Source: Azolla caroliniana (lineage: Eukaryota; Plantae; Polypodiophyta). From it: 64,000 bases of DNA. This document shows, one piece after another, positions 25,371 through 37,234 of the stretch; positions within the stretch are counted from its first letter, which is position 1; each line of letters opens with the position of its first letter. The stretch lies in the NCBI GenBank assembly GCA_043228905.1, contig JBHGNT010000004.1, positions 14,508,001 to 14,572,000 on the forward strand, read 5' to 3'. The position numbers and the translations under genes are program-made. The notes beneath the pieces were generated by a model. It searched no databases. It was not told the DNA's origin and saw only the letters and a list, made by a program, of their open reading frames with translations.

Positions 25371-26034
25371 CGCTCACTCACGTATAGACAAAGAAGCGCA
25401 TGGGGACGCGGCACAACAACACAGGAGACGCGAGTTGAGAACACTAGAGTATGTATGTAAATATAGGCATGTATTTGTATGTATGCAGACGACTCGGACG
25501 GTTACAACCGATCAGGTCGGCGAGGTGGATGCCGACGCCTGATCACCCACGCACACAGGAGAGCAAGATGGAGATTCTGCCGGAAGCACACGGGCATTCC
25601 ACGGAGCAGAATCAGCCTCCTGAGAACCTGCGCAAAAGAAAGCTATGGAGAACGACAGAGAAGAAGAGCTCGGTCCCAGTCCGACAGCACTTCGTTCCTT
25701 CTAGCCCCCCCCCTCTCTCCCCCGTCTCCCTCTCTTTTATAGCTCAAGGAGGGAGGCCGTTTCACCCGTTTACATCACATTAATTCTCTGTCCTTTCGAA
25801 CAGAGATACTCCTCGATTTCCCTTATAGAATATTGCTACCTAGGATTTAACCTTTGTGCCTACCTATCTACTATACGACAAGGGACGTGCCCACGTGTAA
25901 GGGCCGGTTCACACACACTATACACGGTTTGCGCCTGGGGACGGTTTTCTTCACGACATCCGCCCCCACCTAACCGCGCATCCACCGGTATGCGCCAAAA
26001 TTGGGTTCCTACGAGAGAAAACCGATCCTTGCTC

Positions 26035-28923
26035 TTATTCCCCGTTTACCGGTTCATCCTCCGCCTCGGGCTGCTCGTCGTCGCTGTCCATGCCCCCTAG
26101 CTCCGGCTCCCTGTCGTGCCATTTCTTGAACGCTTTGATCCTCTTCCCCGCTATCGGTATCGCCATTCTCGTACCGTCGAGCTCCGCGAGATGGTACGTC
26201 CCATTGCCATTGGCGCTTGTTACTACGTAAGGCCCGAACCACCTCCTCGCAAACTTCTGCGTGGCCCTGTGCTGATTGTCGAGGCTGCTATCGTAGACTA
26301 GCACCTAGTCGCCTTCCTCGATCTTTCTTGGCCTGAACCGGGCTTTGTTCCTTATCCTTGCTACCCAAAGTTTCTCCGCGGCTTGCTCTACGTCCTCCGG
26401 CCTCCGCTCGAGCTGTCGAATCCGCACCGCCAGCAGTTCCTCTCGGCTCATCTCATCCCTCCAGTCCACCGTGGCCCACGAGGAGATCGTTCGCTCTGTT
26501 GGCATGATCGGCTTCTGTCTGAACATAAGCTCAGCCAGCATGAACCCGGTTACCGAACTGTGCGTAGTCTGGTCCGCCCACAAGGCATAAGGTAGTAGCC
26601 GTGGCCAGTCCCCGACTCGGCCTCCGCACGCCCGTACTAGCGCTTTGACAATTGGTCCGTGTCCGCGCTCCACCTTCCCGTTCGCCTCCGGATTGTATGC
26701 TCTGGTGAGCGAAAGTTTGACTCCTAGCCGGTCAAACAGCTCTTCGGCCTCTTCTGCATCCAACTCACCACGGTCAGTCACGATCTTCCCTACGCACCCG
26801 TATCGGCATACTACGTCCTCAATCAAAAACTGGCACACGGCTGCCGTCGTCTTGTTCTTCAGGGCTCGGCCTTCAACCTGGTTCGTTAGATCTTCCCGAG
26901 CTAGCACCAGATACTGCATCTGTCCTACCCCCATTGGCATCGTCACCAAATCCACCATCCACTTGAAGTGGACGGTCGGAGGGTAGGTCGGGTGAAGCTC
27001 GTCTCGATGTCGGATCATGGAGTGCACCTGACAGCTTTCGCAAGTCGTCACGAACCGATGCACGTCCCGGTATAGTCCCGGCCACCAGTACTTCCCCTTT
27101 AGCTTTTCGAACGTGGCCCACGTTCCACGGTGTCCAGCCCACAGGCTATCGTGGTACGCCGCCAGCAAATCCTCCTGTTCCTCCTTCTTCGCCACCACTC
27201 GGAGCGGGATGCCGTTCCTCATCTTCGGGTGCTTCCATATGTACCCGTCCCGGAGAAAGAATTGGTAGGCTTTCTTCCGAATCCGGTTGGCCTCGTCCGT
27301 CGTCCATGCCGCGTCCGGTGTCATTGTTTTCAGGAACCCGCCGATCTGCAGCCACTCCCTATCGTACTTGCTCTCGTCGAAATCGTTAAGCGTTGGAGAG
27401 CATTCCTTGTCAATTGTTACGTAAGCCGCCTCGAAGAAGTCCACGCCGACTTCCTCGTCCTCTGAAACCATGTTGCCGTCTTTTTCGAACCTCGCCCTTG
27501 AAAGCATGTCGGCCATGGCATTGTCTTTCCCGGAAATGTGTCGTATTTCCAGATTCAGGGACTTGATGTATGTTATCCACCTGAGCATTGCCAGGTGCGG
27601 CGTCACGCATCCGGAAACCATGCCAAGGATCGGCAAGCAGTCCGTCTCGATAATTACCTCTGTCCCGATCAGGTAGTCTTTATCGGCCTTTACCGCCGAA
27701 ACGATACCCCAGAGCTCGCGTTTAACCTGGGCGTATCCTCGTTGTCGCTCACTGAGAACCTTCACGCCGAAATGGATCGGGGAACGCACGCCGTCCTCGT
27801 CCTCTTGGTTGACGACCCATCCGATCCCGGTCGGACTCGTGTCTACCGTTACGTAAATTGGAGTGCTCTTTTCGTAGACAACCTTTCGGAGCGCCGGAGC
27901 CGCGGCAAGTGCTTCCTTCATCTTCCGGACAGACCCTGTATGCTCGTCTCTCCACTCGAATTTTCGCCCCTTTTTCAGCAACCCGTATAACGGCTCCGCG
28001 ACGTGAGCGTAATGTGGGATCCATATGTGGTAGAACGCGCACGCTCCCAAGAACCTCCGAACCTCCGTGACCGAGCTACAGTCGTTCTTCATCGCGGAGA
28101 TGGCTTCTACCTTAACCGGAGACGGTTTCCGGCCGTACGGCCCGCATAGGTGTCCAACGACCATGATCTCTGATTGCCCGAAGGACAATTTTCCCCCGAA
28201 GAACGTGAGCCTCGCGCCCTCCAACCTCTGCAGCACCTCCTCGCAGTCATCGATGTGCGTCGCCACGAATTTCCTGCATCCGTCCGGTCCGACCGTCTCA
28301 TCCCTTTCCGGGCATCCCTTGATCGGGACGTCGTCCAAAAACGGCATGGTGATGTCCGGGATACAATCCCTAAGCACTTTGTTCATTGCGTTCACCATGT
28401 GAGCCACCGAGTTCGTCCCTCCTTGCGGCAGGGTACACATTCGTACTAGGCCGAGAGGAGTTCGCATTGTCGTGATGTCCCTACTCTCTACGGCAAGCTG
28501 GAACTGATCGTACCCCGAGTAGAGATCACCGACTGAGTAAATCGACCTTCTGGCGAAGGCCTCCGCGAACTCATCTATTGTCGGTCCGATTCCTGTGTTT
28601 CGAATGGTCACCTTGTTGACCGGCTGCAGGTCTTGAATAAAGCGCAGCATGCCGTCCTTCTTCGGCACGGTAAACCACCGATTCGAGTATGGGGCACTCG
28701 ACGGTTCGAGGATTCCCATCTCGACCTTCTGCTTTAACAGCTCCATCAGCTTCGGGATGTGAGCTCTGGGTACTGGAATTGGTTTGAGACTCCACGGCAC
28801 ATGCAGTACCGTGAATATCACCATCGATTCCACGACTGTCGGGTCTACGCACCCGATCTCCTCCGGTGAGAATGCGAAAGCCTTCCCGTGCCTTCCGAGC
28901 ATTCCCCGAAACCGGTCCTCCTC
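26035..28923 (-). CDS. Gypsy pol RT-RNase H-integrase, largely open (one stop at 26305-26307)
   Basis: Most of the 902-aa ORF 26305-29013, whose first ~30 codons are LTR-derived, plus the GPY module in 26035-26304. Confidence 0.88.
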
Positions 28924-29450
28924 TGTTACCCCGTATGAGCTGTACGGAGAGTCAAGTGTGATGAGCGAGGGTCGAATATTATCATGATGATGTTGTATAT
29001 GTGTAGGGAACATAAATGTAACTGTGAGTCAATATGTATGTGAACACATGCACACGTGTGTGCATGTGGAGGGATACGATGAGGTGTGAGTGAGTGTCCA
29101 ATATGAATGCTCTAGGGGGCTTACACCCCTTTGTATCTACCCCCTCTTGTACTATTTAACCCCTTTATGGGGAATGAATGAGGAAGGAATCATTTCTCTC
29201 TCTCTCTCTCTCTCTCTCTCTTGTCATCTCTCTTCCTATCTCTCTCCCTCAACGTTGAACCCCCTTGGGAGGGGGGTGGAGCCATTCTAGGCACCACCCC
29301 CCACCCCACAATGCTTCTCAACGATTCTCAACATCTTCATGCCAATCTCTCTTACCATCATACTCTCCATTATCTTCGCTATTACGCCATGTCTATCTTT
29401 GTCATTGATAATCATCATCGTCCTTAACCCTAACCCTAAAACGTATAACA
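28924..29450 (+). mobile_element. Gypsy 5' LTR inserted into pol, followed by a PBS-like tggcgaccac (29456-29465)
   Basis: tgttacc...tataaca termini; TATA-like tatttaa; (CT)n tract; TGG-starting PBS 5 nt after the LTR end. Confidence 0.85.
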
Positions 29451-29529
29451 CCTTTTGGCGACCACGACGGAAGAAAGAAGAAGATGATGAAGAAGAAGAA
29501 GAAGACCTAAAACGTATAACACCTTTTGC

Positions 29530-30498
29530 ACCAAATGGGTAGAAGCAAAGGCCTTACGGGACAACACGGCCGCGTCCACGGCAAAGTTCCTGTACGAGTG
29601 CATATGGTGCCGGTATGGATGCCCGATCGAGCTTATAAGTGACCAAGGAGGACATTTTCTCGGGCAGGTAGTAGAAAGCCTGACGTCATTTTACGCGGTG
29701 GTACATAAAAAGAGTACTCCCTACTACCCTCAAGCCAATGGACTAGCGGAATCAACGAACAAAACTCTGCAGAACATCCTACGAAAAATCGTCAACGAGA
29801 ACCGGACCGACTAGGATACGAAATTGCAAAGCGCGCTATGGGCGTACCGAACAACGTACAAAACCAGCATCCGGACAACCCCGTTCCGACTAGCATTCGG
29901 TTTAGAAGCGGTCATGCCGGTAGAGTTCCAGATCCCCAGCTTACGGATTCAGGTAAAGGAGAGCTTAAGTGAGAACAAGTCCGAACGAATCCGGCTGGCG
30001 ACGTTGTTGGAATTAGAAGAAAACCGAATAGCCAGCTTACTACAACTCGAACTGGAGCAAAGGAGGAGAAAAGCTTTCGTGGACCGACACTGGCGTGGCA
30101 ACGAAAAAGAGTTCGAAGTCGGGAAACCGGTGCTACTATTCCAGACACGGATGGGGAACATGCCGGGAAAGTTGCGGTTTCGGTGGACCGGACCGTTCTG
30201 GATCACCAAGGAGTACAATGGGTCGTATCAGCTCGGCACGTTGTCTGGAGATGTCATCGGCAAGTGGGCAAATGGGTTTCGGCTAAAGCCGTATAAGGGA
30301 AATATGCCAGCCAACCCGTTCAAGCAAAACCCGGAAATCCGGCAAGATGAGGAACCGACACCGACAGACGTTGCTGAAGATATTCGGACCGAGGAAGAAC
30401 CGACACCGATACTGACAAAGACTATCCCGGAAAACCGACAGAAGGATCCGGTATCCACACGAACCGACCCGAACAAATCAGGGGGGACCAGCAAATGA
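29530..30498 (+). pseudogene. Partial Gypsy integrase (core + GPY), homologous to 18044-18845
   Basis: KWVEAKAL...[22 protein letters not shown]...QANGLAESTNK...RWTGPF. Confidence 0.9.
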
Positions 30499-30905
30499 CG
30501 TGGTCCAAACAAAGAAAAAAAGAAAAAAAGAAAAAAAAAAGACGTGGGCAAAATCGACGCGAATCATAGTAATGATGGGGAGATCACAAGAGGTGGGAGC
30601 GCCACCATGCAACGAAGAGGCGCCATGCATTAAAGAAGGACGTGCACGTACTTGCTATTTAAAGCATGGAACGTGGGCACTCACACGCGGCAAACAAGAA
30701 AGGACATACTAATTATGGCGGGAGAGGAACATGCGCGGGAAACGAAAAAGGGCGGCTCGAAGCAAAAGCCACTATATAAGACACAGGCCTGCGAAGGACT
30801 CACTTTTCCTACATACAGGCGCAGAAGCACAGAAGAGCGATCCGACGCACAGAGCACACACAGCCCGATCCCGAACAACAGGCAGCAGAAGAAGAATTTG
30901 AAACA

Positions 30906-33375
30906 ATGGTACTGTCGGAGGAGGCACGCCAATGGATGAGGGAGAACGGGTTAAAAGGATTGTTGCGGATCGCCGACGCTCCACCACACGCAGAACCAGA
31001 GCAGGCGGCAGCATCGATCGATTTATCAGAAATCACGGAAGGAGCGGTGCAGGCGCTCACGGGGATAAAAGCAGGAGGACTTCAAACAATCGAAAACCCT
31101 TCAAGTGAAATCCTGTTCGAATATTTCGGTGAGTACTCTATCAGCAGCAAGGCGTACCGAACGCAGGGCGGAGAGAACCTGCTGTTCGGAGAAGTGGCCC
31201 GCGCCATGATGGAATATGGATTCGTGAATCCTCGTCCCCCGGCCATAGCCAGGTACCGGGCAGCGTTCTTAATAGCAGCATACGAAGGATTACAAGTACA
31301 CTGGCTCCATTTCATAACCGAAGGATTGAAGGAGGCCATCAAGAATCTTGTGGAAGGAAAAAAGCCATGGGCCGAGATAGCACAATGGCTAACGGTGTTA
31401 GTCCCACCGGTGCTCCCCATCACACAAAAGAAAAGAGGTCGGCAGGAGACGACGCCGAAAAAGGTCACAAAGTGCCGACAGATCTTGGAGAAACACACCC
31501 CCGGATGGACCCAGCAAGAAGCAGAACAGCGGGGGAAAGGACCATCCCGACAGCAACAGGAACCGGCAACAAAGGCAAAACCGGCAGGAAAAGGCAAAGG
31601 GAAATCGGCCGAGGAGGAACCGGTAGCATGCAAACCAATCAATATAACGCTGCGACGGCCGGAACCGGAACCAGAGGTCTTTATACAAAAGGTCCGCCTG
31701 GTAGCCGCACCGGAGGAGGAAGCTGAAACAGAAGACTCATCCGAACCACTGGTAAGACTCCCAGCAAGACAGGGTCGGGAGAGACGGGCGAAAGGACCGG
31801 CTCCACCAGTTGACAAAACTCAACAAAGGGCGCAAGGACCACCTCCAGTAGCCGAGGCGGAAGCAGTATCGGAACCCGTACCAAGGGAAGCAGCACCGAC
31901 ACCGGTTGTGCCGGACTTCAGAGAACCGGTTATCCCAGAGAAGAAAAATGAACAAGCGCCGGAGCTAGAGAAAAGGCCGAAAAAACAGCCTGAGTTAAGT
32001 GAGCAAGGCCACCCCGACACAAGAAGAACAAAGCCACAATGGCTGAGATGGCTTTCGGAGTAGTTATCGGGAGTAGCGGACCAGTTAGAGAAAGAAGAAA
32101 CGTGTAGGCAACAGCTGACGCATACAACAACTCAGGAGTTGGTCGCGCTCCGAACACAGATCGAGGAAATGCAAGGGGAGCTGTTGCAGGCAAGGGAAGG
32201 AATTCAACAAGCACAAGTTGTCACCGAGCCGGTCGGGACAACAAGGAAGCAACCAGAACCAGAACCAGAACCGGTAGCCTTGCAAACCGGCCCTGAGACC
32301 GAAAAAATAATAGAAACCTTACGAGAGGAATTAAAAGCTCAGGAGGCATTAAGGGAAAGAGAAAGGGAGCAGCGGAAAGCGGTGGAGGACGACAGACGAA
32401 AAATGGAAGAAGGCCTCCGGAAAGGTCGAGCCACGAATGACTGACTGCAAGAAGAAAAAGAGAAGCTGCAAAAGGAGAAGGACCAACTGCGTCGACATGC
32501 CGAGCAGGAGATAGAACGACTGCAGGAAGAACTCCGACAACAGAAGGACCGGGACGATCGGTTAAGAGCTCAGGCAAACCGACGCCTGAAGCAGAAGACG
32601 GAGGACTTCGACCGTCTCTACCGAGATCACAAGCAGGCTGAGTCGGACAACAAGAAACGGGCAGCAGACTACGACCGGCAAATAGAGAAGCTGAAAGAAC
32701 AGCTCAAAGAGACCCGATTAGACCTGGCTAAGGCAATAGATGAGGTCAGTGCCAACAAGGAAGCATTGTCGGCGGAAATAGCCCAAGCGACGGAGAGAAG
32801 GAAGGAATTAGAGGCGCTAAGGCGGGAAAAGCTAGATCTGACCAAGATCAGGAATGAAGAAAAGGAAAAATCGACCTTCACGATCAGCAAACTGCAAAGT
32901 ACCTATGAAAAGCAATAAGCGGATTACGAGGCCCAGGCTCAGATAATGGCCGACATTATAAAATGGGCAAGGAAGGAAAAGCAAGAAGCTTATGCGCATG
33001 CTAAGGAGGGGGTTGACCGGATCAAGTGCATCATGTCAGGATGGAGTACCCGAGCTCAGGCAAGCATCAACAAAAGTACGGAAAAGCTATGGAAGGAGTG
33101 GTCACAACAGGTAGCCGAGCTGCAGACACTCCGAGCGGATGCGAGAATCGGAGGAAGACCGGTGACAAGTTCTACAAGATGGATGAAGAAAGTATCGTCT
33201 CCATTCGGGAAGAATTGTCAGAGGATTTCTACGCTTTAGCGGAAGAACATCTCAAAGAAATCCGAGGGTTGGTAGAGAGGTTGGATGACGGGTAGCTTGC
33301 AACTCAGTTGGAGTTGGAGAGATACGAGCAGGACCGGTTACGACAGGAAGCTAAGGGAAGAACGACGCCAATCAC
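30906..33375 (+). pseudogene. Extra ORF downstream of integrase with long coiled coil (second copy), disrupted and 3'-truncated
   Basis: ORFs 30906-32063, 32139-32444, 32946-33239 and 33026-33295; homologous to 58740-61210 (QWLTxLVPP, ELxAQEALR, ELxEDF). Confidence 0.8.
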
Positions 33376-33382
33376 TGTTAGT

Positions 33383-33407
33383 GAGGGAGAGAGATAGGAA
33401 GAGAGAT

Positions 33408-33461
<54 letters not shown>

Positions 33462-34310
33462 GATTCCTTCCTCATTCATTCCCCATAAAGGGGTTAAATA
33501 GTACAAGAGGGGGTAGATACAAAGGGGTGTAAGCCCCCTAGAGCATTCATATTGGACACTCACTCACACCTCATCGTATCCCTCCACATGCACACACGTG
33601 TGCATGTGTTCACATACATATCGACTCACAATTACATTTATGTTCCCTACACATATACAACATCATCATGATAATATTCGACCCTCGCTCATCACACTTG
33701 ACTCTCCGTATAGCTCGTACGAGGTAACACAATATGGCACGCCCGTGGGAAAGTGCCTTGCACGTCGATCCCACATGCCTTGATGATGATATCTCTTCGA
33801 CCGGAACTTCCATCGGTCCTTTCAACGATCGACTCCCTCGATCGGAGCGCTTGACTTGATCATCTCCATCGGTCAGCGACTTTTCCGCGACATGAACATT
33901 CTCATTCTATCGTCTTACGAACTTTGGTATCCTCTTTCGGGTCCTTAAAAATGTTGTGTGTATGTATGTTATTCTTTGTTGATTTTGTGAGTTGTCGTGG
34001 TCGATCACGTCCATTTCTTTAGGTGGATGAGATTTCAAAATTTCATAGGTGCCCTTTGATTTTTAAAATTTTCTTATATACCCTCAAGTTTTTACAATTA
34101 TGTTTGATACCCTCATCTTTCTTTTTCTTCTTTCCTTCTCTTCTTTCCCTCTTCTTTTTCATTTCTGTTACTACTTCTTTCTTTCTTTCTCGCCTGCTTT
34201 CTTCTTCCTCATTCTTTCTTCCCGTTCTTCCTTATTCTTCCGTCTATGCCTTTCTCTCTCTTCTTTCTGTTTCTCAGACTTCATCATCTTCTTCTTTCTC
34301 TTCTTCGCAC
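33383..34310 (-). mobile_element. Inverted partial copy of the 28924 LTR (33383-33729) with upstream tRNA-like motif and non-coding region
   Basis: 33383-33729 is the near-identical reverse complement of 28924-29250; adjacent tggcacgcccgtggga at 33735; right boundary approximate. Confidence 0.85.
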
Positions 34311-34442
34311 ACCCTCCGTTGTCGGAGAAACAAAACTTCCTACTTATGGTACAAGGTTTCTTCGGTTTCGCCTCTATCGTACATTCGTGGGGTTTTCCTG
34401 GGGTGTCCGAACTATCGCGGCCCCACGCCTTGACAGCCCTCT

Positions 34443-36564
34443 CTAAAAATCCTCTCGGTTCTCGCCACCAAGGGACTCGCGGTTTCGCTCGTGGTTCGGT
34501 CGCACCGTCAGGAACTGGACCGAATGACGCCCATCCTGACTCTTGACCCTCGCGTAAGCCGACCCGTTGTCCAGCACCTTGGTCTCCATCCGTGCTGCCG
34601 TAATGTACGGTTCTCCCAGTATGACCGGGTGCGAGGACGTCTCCTGCACAAAGAAGTGCTGGTCTATTTCGACGTCGCCGATCTTGACTCGCACGTTTGG
34701 GCAGGCCCCGTGTAGTTCCTCGGTGGCGCGCGTCGCCGCCCATATCTTCCACCCGTGCTTGGTGTTGATCGGCCATTTTCCCTTCTTGTAGAAGTCCATG
34801 GACATCAGGTTTATTTCCGAACCGTGGTCCACCAGCGCCACCACCGGTTCCTGAACATCTCCGATCTTCACCGGGGTTTCCGTGGTCGCTCGGGCCTAGT
34901 GTGGCCTCGAATAGTGGCTCTCCGCCCACTCGTCTTCCAGCGCCATGTCCTCTATGTGCGTCGTCCGCACCTCCACCGGCCTTTCCGGTTCTGCCTCCGT
35001 CGACAGCCTCTTCCTCTTTACCAAGTCTACGATGGAGTCGTGGAACTCCTTCTTGGCGATTCCGAGCACCTCCCGCAACGACAGTTCCACCTTGTTGTCG
35101 AGGATTCGTTCTTCCAGGACCTTTCGCAGGTTCATGGTCCTTTCGATCTCCATGCCCAAACGGTATCCGCCCTTCTTGTGGTTATCCCGGGCACTGGTCT
35201 CACCAGCCTCGTTCCGTTTTGGCCCGAATCGGGTTTCGTATCTTTGTGAGGGTCCGGCCCCTCCGGTTTTACCTACCCATTTGTCTTCAACCAGAGCCTC
35301 GTAGTTCTGGCAAGCTGCTTTGACGAAACCCGTCTTTTCTTCGACCGGGTCACTCCACCCGGTTACCTCCTGGACCCGCCTCTCCGCACGGTCCGCCTCG
35401 TCTTTCTTTAATCAGGCACCGGCGAGGCCTTCCAGCACCGTCGGCCAGAACCCGGCTTTGCTCTCCCTCCGGGCCTCGCTGCCTCCGACCCGAATACCGG
35501 CTGACGCTGAGTAGTGGACGGTCTCCGCGTGCCGGGCCGCCGCCTCTTCCATCACCCTTTTCATTCCTCCTCGCCCGTCGTTTTGGTTCAGGGCCCTCCG
35601 GGTATCGCTGGCGTGCACCTGACCTTCCCACAGGTACACTACCCGGCTTCTCAAAGCCTCCGCAAAGTCCCCGCAGTCTTTCCGGATGTGGCCGACCTCG
35701 TCGCACCACATGCACCTATTTCCTGCCGGAGGCCGTCGGTCACGAGCCTGATCGCCGCCTTCCCTCCGAGCCTGGGCGATCTGGAGATCCTTTACCGCCC
35801 GTGTCAACTCCTCCAAAGTTGTCCCCCTGGACGAGGCTCTGACCACGCCGGTCGAAGCCGAACCGGTTTCGAGCCACTCCCGGGTCTCTTCCCGTCGCGC
35901 CTGCGGTATCGGTTCGAGCTTCCTTGCTGCGACAGGACCCGCCCCGGTCGCCCCTGTATTAGCCCACTCCCACCGTTTGTCAAAACGGCCGCAGATTCTT
36001 TTTACCGCGGCCCAGTCGGCCGTCAGCCCGTCTTCAGTTTCCAGTAAGGAGCCCACTTGCTCCCGATCCCGTGGGTCAACCGATTTGACAAACAGTAGGA
36101 CACAACTTGTGTCCAGAACGGTCCGATCGAGCGCCAAAAGGCGCGCAAAGCGATCCTCATACTCCCGGAGGAGTGCCGACGCATTTCTTCCTTTGTCGGG
36201 GGACTCCACCCACTCCATGCAGCCCGTATTTCTCCAGGAGCCATCCTTCGAACTCCTCCCAGGTCCGGCTCTCCGCCCGGACCTCGAGCACCTCCGCATG
36301 GATGCCCGGCATCGCCACTCGAGGGAATCCGGCAAGACGCCTCTCTTCCGGAATATCCCTCATCAACATCTCCGCCCGATAGGACGCCAAATAACTCGTG
36401 GCATCCTTTCCACTGAACCGGCCGATCATACCGACGATCGCCTCAATAGCCCTGTCAAGGGCACCGGTGCCCTCGCGCGCGCTCACTATCCGGTCCACGG
36501 CCGAAGCCATGGCCTCTACAAGATCCAACCCCCTCATCTTCTGCTCCTCTGCCGCCTTGTTCAC
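34443..36564 (-). pseudogene. Gag and aspartic protease of the Trp-primed Gypsy, disrupted
   Basis: ORF pieces 36157-36564, 35412-36335, 34896-35159 and 34443-34871 with zinc knuckle and protease motif. Confidence 0.85.
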
Positions 36565-37234
36565 GTCGGGTTCACCAAATATGTCGCGTTGTTACGCGCT
36601 TGCGTGGAGAAATGAGGCGGGACCACCGGGGTCTTGAACCGAAGAGCAGGTGATAGAAGGGGAAAGAGAAAGAGAGAGACGCCCGGTTACGTATGAGCAA
36701 AGGAACACAGGGGCACGGCCCGTCAACGCAGAAGACGCGAATGGACACAGAGACAGAGAGACACAAATGTTTGTATATTAACGAATAACAAATAAACAAC
36801 AGAGCACACGAGCGGTTAACAACCGAACAGGCCGGCGAACAGATGCCGATGCCTATTCGTCTGCGCACGAAGAGGGGATAGGATGGAGGTGCTGCCGGAA
36901 GCAGACGAGCGTTCCTCGAAGCAGCGCGAGCCTCCCGAAAACCTGTAGAGAAGAGCAATAGAGAACAAACAGAGGAGAAGCGTTCGGTTACGGTCCGACA
37001 GCACTTCGTCCTCCTCAATGCGCGATCCCTTTTCTCCCCGCGTCTCCCTCTCTTTTATAGCTTCAATAAGGGAGCCGTTTCCCTCATTAACTTATTACCT
37101 ACCGAATCTAACTACCTAGGATATGCCTTTGTACTTAATTCTCTATTATATACATTAAAGGGCGCGCACGCGTGAAGAGCCGGTTCACGCGCGCTATGCA
37201 CCGATTGCGCTAAGGGACGGTTTTCTTCACGATA

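Larger units (their letters stand above)
25267..37234 (-). mobile_element. Ty3/Gypsy with tRNA-Trp PBS and fungal-like Pol; LTRs 25267-25958 and 36582-37234; interrupted at 28924
   Basis: LTRs tgtcgcg...cacgaca (diverged); minus-strand PBS tggtgaacccgacgtgaa (36560-36577); PPT-like ttaggtgggggcgga; gag CCHC (CMWCDEVGHIRKDC); protease ALVDHGSEINLM; RT FLDDVPIKG; RNase H; integrase; no matching TSD. Confidence 0.9.

Noticed and set aside
28924-29013. N-terminus of the 902-aa ORF (MFPTHIQHHH...)
   Set aside because: It reads through the antisense strand of an inserted LTR; true pol homology starts at 28923.
29423-29441. Interstitial telomere repeat (taaccctaaccctaaa)
   Set aside because: Only about two units inside an LTR; too short to be meaningful.
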